32,000 bases of DNA from Ureaplasma parvum serovar 3 str. ATCC 27815 (GCF_000019345.1 NC_010503.1:1-32000), one strand, 5' to 3'. Positions 11,028-23,158 are shown, counted from the first letter of the stretch. The notes: generated by a model from the sequence alone, not told the origin. Translations and numbers: made by a program.

Positions 11028-11030
11028 AAT

Positions 11031-11960
11031 TTATCTTTTTGTTTTATCAAATGGGATTCCCACATTCTTTGGTGCCACACTATATTTACTAAATGAAATT
11101 AAAGCAATTAAAGTGATTACATAGGGGATTAATTTACCAATTTCTTGAGGTATTTTATCAATTTGTGAAAAGGTTTTTGTAATAACTGCAAAAGCAATTG
11201 AAACAACTGCAATTAGTGGAATTCTTCAAGCTCCAGCAATCAAAATGGCTAAAGCTAAGAACCCGATCCCACCAACCTCGCCTGCAAATGGAGAACGTGA
11301 TGCATACATATATAATCCACCACCAATTCCAGCAATAAAACCAGAAATCGAAACAGCAATTCATTGGTATTTATAAACATTAATGCCTTGTGCATCTGCT
11401 GCATTTGGGTTTTCACCAATTGCATATAATCTTAAACCAAATGGAGTTTTTTTCATCATTATCATTAAACCAATGGTAATTAAAACAACAGCAATTAAAA
11501 TTAAAATACTTCCAATATAAATAGTGTTGATTCCATCACCAATTTTCATTAATCCTAAATAATCAGAAGATAGACTTGTTTTGTCAGCAATTTTATCGCC
11601 CAAAGGATAAGTTACAAAGGTTGCTACTCCTGAAGCTAATAAATTAATAGCTGTTCCAGCAATAATTTGATTGGTTTTTAATTTTATAGTTAAAAAACCA
11701 AATAATAATGAAGTTGGAATAGTCAATATTCCAGCAATAATTAAACATACAATAAATGTATATTCTGTTTCCGTTTTTGTTCCCATATATTTATAAATAA
11801 TTGTTGAAAATAATGTAAAGACTAAGGCACCAATAATCATTTGACCATTAATTGAAATATTAGCAATCCCAACACGTTCACAAAAGAAACCACTTAACGC
11901 ACCTAGAATTAAAATAGCAGCGTAAATAGAGGCATCGTTAATTAATGATAATGAAGGCAT
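11031..11960 (-). CDS. ABC transporter permease, nucleoside/simple-sugar type (309 aa, table 4)
   Basis: GLRLYAIGENPNAADAQGINVYKYQ-W-IAVSISGFIAGIGGGLYMYA; start overlaps the upstream permease stop; TGA=Trp read through to TAA 11031-11033. Confidence 0.88.
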
Positions 11961-14170
11961 TAACTAATCACCTCTTTCATGTTTTGTTGATTAATAATTG
12001 CTTTTTGATAAGCAGTTGTTAATCAATCTTCTAATAATAATTTTTGTTCTTGATCTAGATTAATTTTATTAATATGTTGTTTAGTTTTTTCATAATGTTT
12101 TGTCAAGTATGATGATGAGCGTTGTTTTGTATTCTTTTTAATTTCATCATCTTGCGAAATATTTCTTAATTCTAATTTTGTAATTTCTTTCGTGTAATTT
12201 TCTAAATGTTTATTACGCGAAATAATAATTTTATTAAGAATTTTATCATTTGGATTTAGTAATAAAATAATCTTATCCATTTGTTCATCATGAACTAAAT
12301 TCTTTGATTTTAAAGTTATTGACAATTGTTCTAATCGAGAATCTAATAAAGAATTAATGTATGTCATAATTTGATTTTTTAAATCAATCATGTGATCTAA
12401 ATTATTCTCAAAACTTGCCTGTTTAAATTCACTAAACATTAATTGTGCTTGTTCATCTTTTAGAACTAAAGATAACTCATTAACTAACTCGGTTGTTAAC
12501 ACTGAATTGTTATTTTCATATTCTTGTAATAAATATTTTAGCTTATTATAATCAAACGATTTTGATTGAGCATATTTACTAATTTCTTTAGCCACTAAAT
12601 TTTTAATTAAAAAATCTTCATTATGAATTTTGTCTTTAATACGACTTAGTTTTTTAGCGCTTATGTTTTCAAAATGTTTTAGTTTATTTTTAATTTTTCT
12701 TGTTGTGTTAATTTCTGGATAATAAACAAGTGTTGCTCTTTCAATAATTAAATGTTTTTTAAGTTGCATTGCATTATTTTTCAATTGTTTCAAATATTTA
12801 TCATATTCAACTTTTAATCAAGCATTATATGTTGTTTTAATGTAACTAATAGTATATTCATATTGTTGGTTAACTTTGTTATATTGTTCATGATTTTTAA
12901 ATTGATCTAATTCTTTACGTAATTTCTTTAACTCTTGTAAATATTGATTACGTTTTTTATTAATTTCACTATAGATTGCTTTATATTCAGAAATAATGTT
13001 ATTGTTTTTATTTTCATAATCTCGATAATAATCCTTACCTTTATAAGTATAGATTAAATGATAAATTCAATAAACGGGACTTATTCGTTCAAATAAAATA
13101 AACATTGCTGCCCCTAACATTACAAATGAAATAATAATTCCAGATAAATCTTGTGGAAAACTTCCTCCTAAATTATCAGCAGATTGTTGTAATAATCCCA
13201 TTAAGAATGAGACAGGAATTGTTGCTAAAGGATGTGCTAGAGAAATTAATCCCATCGCAATTCCATCATATCCTTGGGTTGGTAAGGCATCAGCAGCTTG
13301 ACTAATAACAATCGCATTTGTTGTTGTTGAAGTATAATTAACCATTGCTAAAGCCCCAGCTAATGCACCAGAGATCGCAAAAGTTGCTAATGAAATAATT
13401 TTTGTTCGGTATCCAGCATATTTTGCTGCATCAAATGATTTACCAACAGATAAGACTTTGTGACCAAAAACTGTGTATTTTAAGATTACTCAAATAATAA
13501 TAGATAAAGAAATAAAGATCAATAAAGCAAATAAATAACCATATCCAGATGCTAAATGAAATAAAGAATAATTATCAGCAAAAGGAATTGATCGTGATCC
13601 AACTTGATCTGGTGTTGGATTATACATTTTACTTTGTGCAGTAAAAACAACATAACGCGTAATATAGAACATTATTCAATTCAATAAAATTGAACTAACA
13701 ACTTCATTAATCTTTAAAAATACTTTTAAAATTCCTATAAAAACTGCAAACATTGCTCCTGCTAACATTGCAATGATTAATAAGAAAAATTGACCTAAAA
13801 CATTAGGCATATTAATATTGGCAATTTGCATGTTTTTTACGACTAATAACATAATCAAACCTGAACCTAACATTTGTCCAGAAATACCAATATTAAATAA
13901 TCCCGCTTTAAAAGCGAAAATAAATGATAATGCGGCAATTCCTAAAATTGCTACTTTTGTTAAATAAATATCTGGCGAACCAATTCATTTAGTAAATAAT
14001 CTTATAAAGAAATCACGTATGTTATAGCCTAATATTCCAACCAAAATAGCTGAAACTACTATCGCTACAAAAATGGCAAAAACTGTCGATAAGAATTTTT
14101 TAGTGATTGTTTTTCGCTCTTGACCTTTAAGAAAGCTATCGTAACTTAAAAGAGTTTTAAATTTCAACAT
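11960..14170 (-). CDS. ABC transporter permease, nucleoside/simple-sugar type, with ~360-aa charged C-terminal extension (736 aa, table 4)
   Basis: Track fragments 13985..14170, 13676..13873, 13490..13672, 13067..13345 and 12023..12793 share one frame, separated by TGA=Trp codons. Contains FAFKAGLFNIGISGQML and ANFAISGALAGALA-like region, then a long K/E/N/Q/L-rich tail, stop TAA 11960-11962. Confidence 0.88.
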
Positions 14171-14172
14171 AC

Positions 14173-15780
14173 TTATATTTTTTCACCTGCCATTAATTCA
14201 CCAATTTTTTGTCTTGTCATTGAAAAACGATCACCAACACTAATGAAATATCCATTATGAATTACAGCAATTGTATCAGCAAGTGATAAAATTTCGTCTA
14301 ATTCGTAAGAAATTAATAAAATAGCATTACCTTTTCGTTTCTCTTCTAATGTTTGTTCATGAATAAATTCAATCGCACCTAAATCTAAACCTCTTGTTGG
14401 TTGAACCAATAAAATTAATTTATGAGATCGTTCAAATTCACGACCAATAATTAGTTTTTGTTGGTTTCCACCAGATAATCCTCGTGCATCTGATGTACCA
14501 CGTGTTGTACCACGAACATCATATTTTTTAATAATATTAATTGCATGTTTTGAAATTTCATTATTATTAAAAAATCCTAAATTACTATATGGTTTATCAT
14601 CAACTTGTTGTAAGATCGCATTCATAGCAATCGTGTCATCTAAAACTAATCCATGTTTATGACGATCTTCTGGTACATGTGATAATCCTAACTGATAACG
14701 TTTTCTAATGCTTGCATGTTCAATTTCTTGATTATCAAGCATAATTTTTGCTTCCTTATTTCCTTTTAATAAGCCAGAGATTATTTGCGCTAATTCACTT
14801 TGACCATTACCTTCAACACCGGCAATAGCAAAAATTTCACCCTTGCGGATACTAAAATTAATAAAATTATTATTTTTAGTACTTAACAATGAAACATCAT
14901 CACCTTTTGGTGATGATTTAACTTTCACAATATCTTTTTGTTTTTTAACAATTGATTGAATATCTAAATTTTGAACTTCGAAAACTTTTTCATTACTTGT
15001 GATTGGATCGATATTTTTAACTTCAACCAATTTTCGACCAACCATTAATTCAGCCATTTCAGCTATTGTTTTTTGTTTAACATCAAAACTATCAATATAA
15101 TGTCCGCGACGAATAACTGTTGCAGAATCAGCAACTTCTTTAATTTCATTTAGTTTATGCGTAATAATAATGATTGTCTTGCCTGCTGCTTTAAAATCTT
15201 TTAGCATTTGTAAAAATGCTTGAATTTCATCTTCACTCAAAACAGCAGTTGGTTCATCAAAAATTAAAATATCAATATCACGATATAATAATTTTAAAAT
15301 TTCCGTTTTTTGTTGTTGACCAACTGTAATTTTTGAAATTTTACTTTTTAAATTGATATTTAATCCATATTCTTGAATGATTTTTTTAAGTTCTTTAGTA
15401 ATTTTTTTACGGTTAATGATACCTAGTTGCGTTGCACCTTCAGAACCTAAAATAACATTATCTAAAACACTTAAGGTGTCAATTAATTTAAAATGTTGAT
15501 GTACCATTCCAATTCCGGTTTTTGAAGCATCTTTAGCTGAACTAAAATTGACAATTCGACCATTAATTTTAATTGATCCAGAATCTTGTTTATAGATCCC
15601 AAATAAAATTGACATTAAGGTTGATTTACCTGCTCCATTTTCACCAATAATTGCATGAATTTCATTTTTTTTAACAAAAAGATTAACATCTTTATTAGCA
15701 ATAACAGTCCCGTTCAGGAAAGTTTTTGTAATCTCGTGCATTTCTATGGCGTAAGGACATTGATTTGTCTTAATTTCCAT
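14173..15780 (-). CDS. ABC transporter ATP-binding protein with two fused nucleotide-binding domains (nucleoside/simple-sugar type)
   Basis: GENGAGKSTLMSILFG and second-domain GVEGNGQSELAQIISG; LSGGNQQKLIIGREF signature; 535 aa. Confidence 0.93.
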   Translation of the reverse strand: MEIKTNQCPYAIEMHEITKTFLNGTVIANKDVNLFVKKNEIHAIIGENGAGKSTLMSILFGIYKQDSGSIKINGRIVNFSSAKDASKTGIGMVHQHFKLIDTLSVLDNVILGSEGATQLGIINRKKITKELKKIIQEYGLNINLKSKISKITVGQQQKTEILKLLYRDIDILIFDEPTAVLSEDEIQAFLQMLKDFKAAGKTIIIITHKLNEIKEVADSATVIRRGHYIDSFDVKQKTIAEMAELMVGRKLVEVKNIDPITSNEKVFEVQNLDIQSIVKKQKDIVKVKSSPKGDDVSLLSTKNNNFINFSIRKGEIFAIAGVEGNGQSELAQIISGLLKGNKEAKIMLDNQEIEHASIRKRYQLGLSHVPEDRHKHGLVLDDTIAMNAILQQVDDKPYSNLGFFNNNEISKHAINIIKKYDVRGTTRGTSDARGLSGGNQQKLIIGREFERSHKLILLVQPTRGLDLGAIEFIHEQTLEEKRKGNAILLISYELDEILSLADTIAVIHNGYFISVGDRFSMTRQKIGELMAGEKI

Positions 15781-15829
15781 ATGATCACTTTCTATAATTT
15801 TTTATATTTATTTCAAATTAGATACTTTT

Positions 15830-17410
15830 AAAGTATTAAATTTTTGGAATGATGATTTTTTTAGATTTGTAGAATGCTGCTAATCCATTATATGCAGATT
15901 CTGAAAAAGATTTATCTTTTAGAACAGCATTATTTTGACCTAAAACAACTTTTGCTAATTTTTCTTTAGCTTCTGGTGTTGTGGCAGCATCTCAATATTT
16001 TTTAAATTCTTGTGATGCACTTCGTTTCTTTGGATCCTCTTCTAAATATGAAGAACCTGTTAATGAATATGGATATAATTTTTTATCTGATTCATTTATA
16101 TAAACTTCACCACCAAGTAATTTTTGTAATTCACTAAATGATTTATTTTTTTCACTATCTTTTAAAACTCATCCATCGCTTGTTTTTGTAGCAAGATCTT
16201 CTAATTTTGTAGTTCCTTTTGTTGAAAGAAGTTTAAATAATTCTTCATTTTGAATAACATTAACAATTTGAGCATATGTAATTGCTTTTAAACCAGCTAG
16301 TTTAGCCGCTTGTTCTAAATAAACACGACCTGCATTTGATAATTCAACAAGCGGAGTATCATCTACATATGTGCTCTTATCTAAACTTGCTTCAGTATGT
16401 GTTCCTAATTTATAAGCATCTTTATTAATATCATTAGTTAGTTGTGCACCTTTTGAAGCATTTTCAATTGCTCCCTTCATTGCTAAATCAACACGTTTAA
16501 CAATTGAGAATAAAATTGTTTTTCCATCATTAACAGTTTTGTTTGTAATTCTTTTACGGTTTGTTACATCATCTAATTCTTGTGCAGTATCAACACCAAT
16601 AATTACACTTGGATCTGTTGCATTTGAAACAATTGAAGTTGCAAGGTTTGTTTGTGGACCAGCTACAGGTAAAATAACATCAGCTTTTTTTGTAATTAAA
16701 TCATTGATAATGTTTGTTGCACCTTCTTCATCTGGTTTAAATGAACCAGCAACGTATTTGCTAGCAAATACTTGTTCAACATTCATTCATTTTTTCTTGC
16801 TTCCATTAGCATCTTCTTGATTAATTTCTTTATCTTTTAACTTTTCATTTGCTCATTGAACACCTAATTTAAAACCTTGGATAAAAGTTGAAGTTGATGT
16901 AAAATGTAATCCAACATATCCACCTCAAGTTAGTTTTCCATCTGCTGCAAAAGTTTTTTGGTTAGCATTTAAATAGTACGCCGCAGCAATACCTGTTAAA
17001 AATGCTGCTTGATCTACACGATATGAGACAGACGCAATACGGTCTTTACCCACTGTTCCACTAAATTTATCATCAATTAAAACTGCACTTAAATCTTTTT
17101 TATCGCTGCTTGAACCAAAATATTCTTTAATTGGAATTGAGTGACTAAATGAAATCAAGCCTAACATACGAGCACCATCATCGTATAATGAATTATATGT
17201 TCTGTGATATCCTAAACTATCATCTCCAGCTGGTTTTGCATAAAAATCTTCTAAAGACAATTTAGAAATATAATTTCCATCTTTATTTGTTTTCCCATCA
17301 TCTTTATTACTATCATTACATGATGCAGCAATAGCTGCAACTGAAGTTAATGTAACCACTCCAGCAAGTGATGCAAACAAGATTTTTTTATTGATTTTGC
17401 TTTTTTTCAT
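15830..17410 (-). CDS. BMP/PnrA-like basic membrane lipoprotein 2 (526 aa, table 4)
   Basis: Signal peptide with lipobox AIAASC; VDQAAFLTGIAAAYYLNANQ..WGGYVGLHFTSTSTFIQGFKLGVQWANEKL similar to the 9095..10645 protein; first gene of the ABC operon. Stop placed at TAA 15830-15832 by frame. Confidence 0.86.
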
Positions 17411-17547
17411 AAAATTTATTTTTTATCCTTTTTGACATGAAAAATCTAAAATAACTAAACAACACAATTTTTAAGATTGTGTAGTATCATTATACAAAAA
17501 ATAAACTTGTATATATAAGTTAAACACTTAATTTTTGTTTTTTGTAT

Positions 17548-17583
17548 AAAAAAAAGCGTTTTTTTAATTAAAACACTTTTTTA
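17548..17583 (-). terminator. Probable terminator at the 3' end of tatD
   Basis: AAAAAG-c-GTTTT-TTTAATT-AAAAC-a-CTTTTT hairpin overlapping the tatD stop codon, then T run on the - strand. Confidence 0.5.
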
Positions 17584-18378
17584 TTTTTTAAAATTTAGAA
17601 TTCTTAATGAATTTTCTAATAAGATTTTTTGCATTTTTTCATGTGTAATGCCTAATAAGTTGGCAATAAATGCTGATGTATATAATACATAATAAGGATA
17701 GTTAGTTTGCCCTCGTTTAGGAACTGGTGTTAAATATGGGGCGTCTGTTTCTACTAGAATCTTATCAAGTGGGGTTATTTTAATCGCCTCATACAGTTCA
17801 TGTAATTGATTATTTTTTGTTGGTTTAAAAGTAATTACACCAGGATATGAAATATAATAACCCATTTCAATATATTGTTGTGCATACTCTTTTTTATCTG
17901 TAAAACAATGGATTATTACATCTTGAACAGCTAATTCTTTTAAGATGGCAATTGCGTCATCGTGTGCATTACGGATGTGTAACATTAATGGTTTATGATA
18001 CTTTTTAGCCAATTCAATATGTTTTTTAAACCAATGTTTTTGAAAATCATGATCATAATTTTGTTCATGATAATAGTCTAAACCACACTCACCAATACAA
18101 CTTATGTAATCAATATTTTCTGCTATCAATTTTTCTAATGCAACAAAATCATTTTCTATATTATGTAAATCATTAGGATGGATTGCAACACTACAAGTCA
18201 AAAATTTAAATTTTTTAGCTTGTTGAATGGCTGTCTGTGAAGTTTTTAAATCTACTCCAACAATATTTAATCCAATACCTTGTTCATAACATTTAAAGAT
18301 AATGTCATCAAATTCTTCAATTAATGGTTCAATATTAGGATGAGTATGAGTATCAATAATTTTTATTTTTTCTAACAT
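17581..18378 (-). CDS. tatD: TatD-family metal-dependent DNase
   Basis: [52 protein letters not shown]. Confidence 0.93.
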
Positions 18379-18379
18379 A

Positions 18380-19696
18380 TTATTTACCTATACAAAAATT
18401 TTTAAATAAATCATCTAAAAAATCATATTCGCTACTTATGCCTAAGAGTTCATTTAAACGTAAATTGCAAAATTCTAAATCAGCGACAATTAAATCAAGT
18501 GTATCCCCTTTTTCTAAATTAAGAATTGCGTTATTAATTAAATAATGAACATTTTCTAAAATACCAATTTGACGTTGGGATTGTAAAACATCAATGTTAG
18601 CATTGTCAAACTCTTGAACATAAAAAAGTTTTTTAATTTCATCAATCAATGACTGAATATCATTATTTTTTGCATTAATATATATTTGTTTATCATCGTA
18701 TTGATCAACTAAATCTTTTTTTGTATAAACTAATAAATGTTTTTGTTTTTTAATTAAATCATATAACTCCAAATCTTGTTGTTCGTTTGCAGGTATTAAA
18801 TATAAAATTAAATCAACTTTATCAATTAATGCTTTGGCTTTATTAATTCCTAAATTTTCAACAAAATCATTTGTTAAATGAATTCCTGCAGTATCTAAGA
18901 TATTTAAAGTAATATTATCAATATTAATTGAGGATTCAATAACATCACGTGTTGTCCCAGGAATATCTGTAACAATCGCTTTTTGTTCATTGCATAAAGC
19001 GTTTAATAGAGTTGATTTACCTACATTTGGTTTTCCAATTATTAACACCCTAATGCCTTTATTGATTGGTAAAAATTTTTTTGATTGATCAATAATTTTT
19101 GTAATTTTTTTATCTAAAGATAATAAACGTTGTTTTAAAATAATAGCATCAACTTGTTCAACATCATCGTATTCAGGATAATCAATATTAACTTCAATTT
19201 GCCCAATTATCATAAATAACTCATGCCTAAATTCAGCAATTGATTGCGAAACACGTCCTAATAGAGCGCCAATTACACCTTTAACGCTTAATTCATTTTT
19301 AGCATTAACCAAATTGTTAATTGCTTCAATTTTTGATAAATCCATTTTTTTATTTAATAAAGCACGGCGAGAAAATTCTCCACGTTGTGCTGGTTGACAA
19401 CCATATTTAATTAATGTTTTAATAATTAAATTAGCAACCACTATTCCTCCGTGGCAATTAATTTCTACTAAATCTTCTCCAGTAAATGTTTTTGGAGCTA
19501 CAAATGTATTTATTAAAACTTCATCTAAAATTTGATTATCATCTTTTAGAATTGTATACCAAATTTTAAAAGTTTCTTTTTTTATTTTTATTGTTGAAAT
19601 TTTATTAATTATTTCAAAAGCTTTTGGACCACTAACCCGAATAATGTGAATGGCACAATTCATAGGCGCGGTTGCTAAAGCAACAATTGTTGACAT
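18380..19696 (-). CDS. mnmE: tRNA modification GTPase MnmE (TrmE)
   Basis: Start [52 protein letters not shown]-terminal FCIGK. Confidence 0.96.
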
Positions 19697-19698
19697 TG

Positions 19699-20493
19699 TT
19701 AATCACCTTTATTTTTATTAATAATTGTATAAATAATAGTAAACAAATTATTTTTATTAATATTAATTTTTAAATTCGCACGCATTAAATCCAAAATAAT
19801 TTCTTTGCTATTTACATTATTAATTCTAATGAAGATTAATTTTAATAGATAATGAATTTGTAAGGTAGATAAATTTTTAAATATTTCTTTTAAATCATTT
19901 AATATTTCAAAACTTCTTAAATCACTTAATTTTCCATAATAAGTTAAAACATCATTGATTTCCTTGTTTTCTAATAAAATTTTTAGCTCATCCAAATCAT
20001 CAAACATTAAGTCGCATTCCACGAGATCAATTGGTTGATTAATTTGGTTAATTAATTTTTTATATAAATCATGATTAGTAGGTAAATAAAAAAGCTGACA
20101 ACGACTTTTAATAGTTTTTAAAACTTGATTTAAATTTTTAGTGCTAAAAATTGCAATTGTATTTTTTGGCGGTTCTTCAATAAATTTTAATAATGCATTT
20201 AAAACATATTTTGATGCTAAGTCAATATTTTTAATAAGATAAAATTTTAAATTAATATCTTCTACTCCATCACATAAAAAAGTGTTTTGTAAATCAATTA
20301 CATCGCTTTTTTTCATTGATAGTCCATCATAAATTTTTAAATCAAAGTATTGTTTATTTTTAACTTTAGTAACATAAAATGATTGTTCTTTATGATTTTT
20401 CTCATAAATAAAAGCTAACATAATTTCTTCAATACCTGATTCTAGTGAGGTTTTAGGTGATTGAATTAATAAATTAGCAAAACTGTATTTCAT
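19699..20493 (-). CDS. holB: DNA polymerase III delta' subunit-like protein
   Basis: NLDLASKYVLNALLKFIEEPPKNTIAIFSTKNLNQVLKTIKSRCQ pattern; located immediately downstream of tmk as in many Firmicutes/Mollicutes. Confidence 0.85.
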   Translation of the reverse strand: MKYSFANLLIQSPKTSLESGIEEIMLAFIYEKNHKEQSFYVTKVKNKQYFDLKIYDGLSMKKSDVIDLQNTFLCDGVEDINLKFYLIKNIDLASKYVLNALLKFIEEPPKNTIAIFSTKNLNQVLKTIKSRCQLFYLPTNHDLYKKLINQINQPIDLVECDLMFDDLDELKILLENKEINDVLTYYGKLSDLRSFEILNDLKEIFKNLSTLQIHYLLKLIFIRINNVNSKEIILDLMRANLKININKNNLFTIIYTIINKNKGD

Positions 20494-21195
20494 TTATATA
20501 TATTTATGTTCTTTAAAAATTTTTAATAATTGTTCTTTAACCTCACATAATACTTCATTTTCATTTTTATTGGCATCAATAAAAATAATTTTTTTAGGTT
20601 GATTATAAACTTTAAAAACACTAGGGTATTGTTTTAATAACTTTTCATAAAATTGTTTATTTTGTGAATCGAATGCATTTGTATTGTCAAAACGATTTTT
20701 CATTCGATTTAATGCATTATTAACATTAACATCAAAATAAAAAACATAATCTATTTCTAATTCACCAATTGCTTGTTGATTAATTTGGTAAATAACATCT
20801 AAACTTTGATTTTGAACAATACCTTGATAAATATATGAAGAATGAACAAAACGATCTGAAATTACAATATGATCTTTTTCTAAATGAGGATTGATTGTTT
20901 TTTTTACGTGTTCAGCACGACTGCTTGCATATAAATAAGCTAGTGTTAACGGATCAAAAACTTCTAAATTTTTTAAAAAAAACTCACGTATCATCTCTGC
21001 TGCATTATTGTTTTTTCCACCAGGTTCACGCGTTAAAAAAATTTTATTAACTAGTTTAGGTTCTTTTAAAACCTCTAAAAGTTGTTTTAAGATTGAAGTT
21101 TTCCCTGCACCATCAATTCCTTCAAAAACAATAAATAATCCTTTTTTAAGCGGTTTTTTTTCATTACTATTTTTCGTTAATATCATTGTTATCAT
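20494..21195 (-). CDS. tmk: Thymidylate kinase
   Basis: GLFIVFEGIDGAGKTSILKQL, TREPGG, DRFVHSSYIYQG. The start may be an internal ATG; the annotated N-terminus overlaps the upstream gene by 29 bp. Confidence 0.94.
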   Translation of the reverse strand: MITMILTKNSNEKKPLKKGLFIVFEGIDGAGKTSILKQLLEVLKEPKLVNKIFLTREPGGKNNNAAEMIREFFLKNLEVFDPLTLAYLYASSRAEHVKKTINPHLEKDHIVISDRFVHSSYIYQGIVQNQSLDVIYQINQQAIGELEIDYVFYFDVNVNNALNRMKNRFDNTNAFDSQNKQFYEKLLKQYPSVFKVYNQPKKIIFIDANKNENEVLCEVKEQLLKIFKEHKYI

Positions 21196-22036
21196 TTTCC
21201 TCTTGTTCTACAAATCTATCCTCTAAAAAACTTAGTAATATATTAGTAAATAATTTTGGTTCTTCAATAAAAGGAATATGACCAGAATTATTAAAAATAT
21301 ATTGATTTACTTTATTGTTGTTTTTAAACACTTTAATAGCTAAATTAAAATCAATTAATTGATCATGTCTTGAAACCATAATTAATGTTGGCATTATTAA
21401 ATTACGCTGTGCCATTTTTAATTCATGATTGATTTTAATATTTAATAACGATAAACATAAAAATAAGACATCGCGTGCAATTCGTGGATATTCTCTTGAA
21501 ATTGACTCCCAACGAGTTTCTATTAAGGTTTTATAATTATTACGATAATCAATATATAATTTTTTTAAAACGACATCTGTTTTAAATTTTAAAAATGGAT
21601 TGGGAAATAAAACCCAAGCATTAAATAATTTTTTATTTAAAAACGGATTTAAATATTGATAATGATATGGACAAACAAGAATTAATTTTTCAATGCGTTG
21701 GGGGATAATAAAACTAACCAAACTAGCAATCCCCGCTCCTAATGAATGACCTAACAAATGAAATTCTTTTAAATCAATTTCATTAATTCAATTAATAAAT
21801 AACTCAGCAAAAACTTTAATATTTAAATCTTTTTTGTTATTAATAGGTGTTAAACCATGTGCAGGTAATCCAACAAAATAACAATCATAATCAGATAAAT
21901 CTTTATTAATTAAAAAAAAATAATGTGGAGATGCATCAAGGCCGTGTATAAAAACAATCGAACCTTTTTTTAGTTCGCTTTTAGATGGCTCAAAATAAAA
22001 ATTAAGTGTGTTAGTCTTAATTAATTCCATAATCAT
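21167..22036 (-). CDS. Alpha/beta hydrolase fold protein (289 aa, table 4)
   Basis: Track ORFs 21788..22036 and 21167..21757 join in frame through TGA=Trp. IVFIHGLDASPHYFF oxyanion-hole motif, LLGHSLGAG nucleophile elbow, NNSGHIPFIEEP catalytic His region. Confidence 0.87.
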
Positions 22037-22135
22037 TACTTTCTTTTTTTAATTTTAAATAAAAAAATAATCAACTTATTTAATAGTTAATATTTTATTA
22101 TAAAAAACCAATCTTTAATGAGATAAAGTATAAAT

Positions 22136-23158
22136 TTAATTTTTCAATAAAATAACTTGATATAAAAAATATGGTCCTGAAATAATTGGCACTAATAAAA
22201 TAGTCTGGTCAGTTGATAAATTTAAAATTAAAACAACAAAAATATAACTAATCAATAATACAATGCCGCCTATTAATCCAGCATTAATAATGCCATTAGA
22301 AATATTGTTTTTTACATAATTGAAAGAAAAATTAGCTGCAACAATCCCAACAAAAATAACATTACCACTTAAACTATAACTTACCGATACTAATAAGCTA
22401 ATGCAAATAAAAGTTTGAATTGTCAAGGACTTATTATTAATGCCTAACTGTCCAGATATTTGTTGATTTGTTACCATAATCTTAAATTTAGTTGCATTTA
22501 ACATTAACCAAATAACACTAATAGTAAGCATTCCAAAACAAAAATAAAAACAAAAATCGCTGCGTGATTCAATATTACCTAATAAAATTGTTTTTAAATA
22601 CATACTTGATTCTTTACTCATTAAAATTCTTAATGACTGAGCAATAACAATTGTAATCAAATTAATAATAATACCTGAAACAATAATTCTTTTAAAAATG
22701 TATCCAGTAGAAGAATTGCATAAAAAATGAATAAAAAAACAAATCATTGTTGACCCAATTAAATAAATAAATGGTAGAACATATTCCATTCGTTTTTGGA
22801 TTTGCAATTGCCCAAAATCAAATATTAAAAAAAGTATTGTTAAAATCACTAAGTTAATATTGCCCATTCCTAATAAAGAACTATCTGCTAAACGATTTTT
22901 TGTTAATCTTTGAAGAATATAACCACTAATTCCTAATGCAATTCCAGAAAACAATAATTGTGTGATAATTTTTCAATCGCTCAAATAACTAAAAACATTT
23001 ATAAAACGCGAGGCTCCAGCTACAGCAATCAGCGTTAAAATAATTGTTATTATTAATAAACTTAATGAAAGAAAAAATTTGTTCTTTTTAAAACGAAAAA
23101 ATAATTTTTGTTCAAATTGGTGTTTTAAATTTTGATCATGCTTAATTTTTATACTCAT
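22136..23158 (-). CDS. FecCD-family (iron-type) ABC transporter permease C (340 aa, table 4)
   Basis: Track ORFs 22973..23158 and 22136..22954 join through TGA=Trp; LFSGIALGISGYILQRLTKNRLADSSLLGM and VGIVAANFSF motifs. Confidence 0.83.

Noticed and set aside
11158-11364. Cys/Trp-rich 68-aa - strand ORF
   Set aside because: It is an out-of-frame reading inside the permease gene 11031..11960; the in-frame reading gives a proper membrane domain.
16539-16820. 93-aa + strand ORF
   Set aside because: Antisense to BMP lipoprotein 2; no independent support.
21008-21226. + strand ORF over the tmk start
   Set aside because: Antisense to tmk P-loop region; a coincidental ORF.
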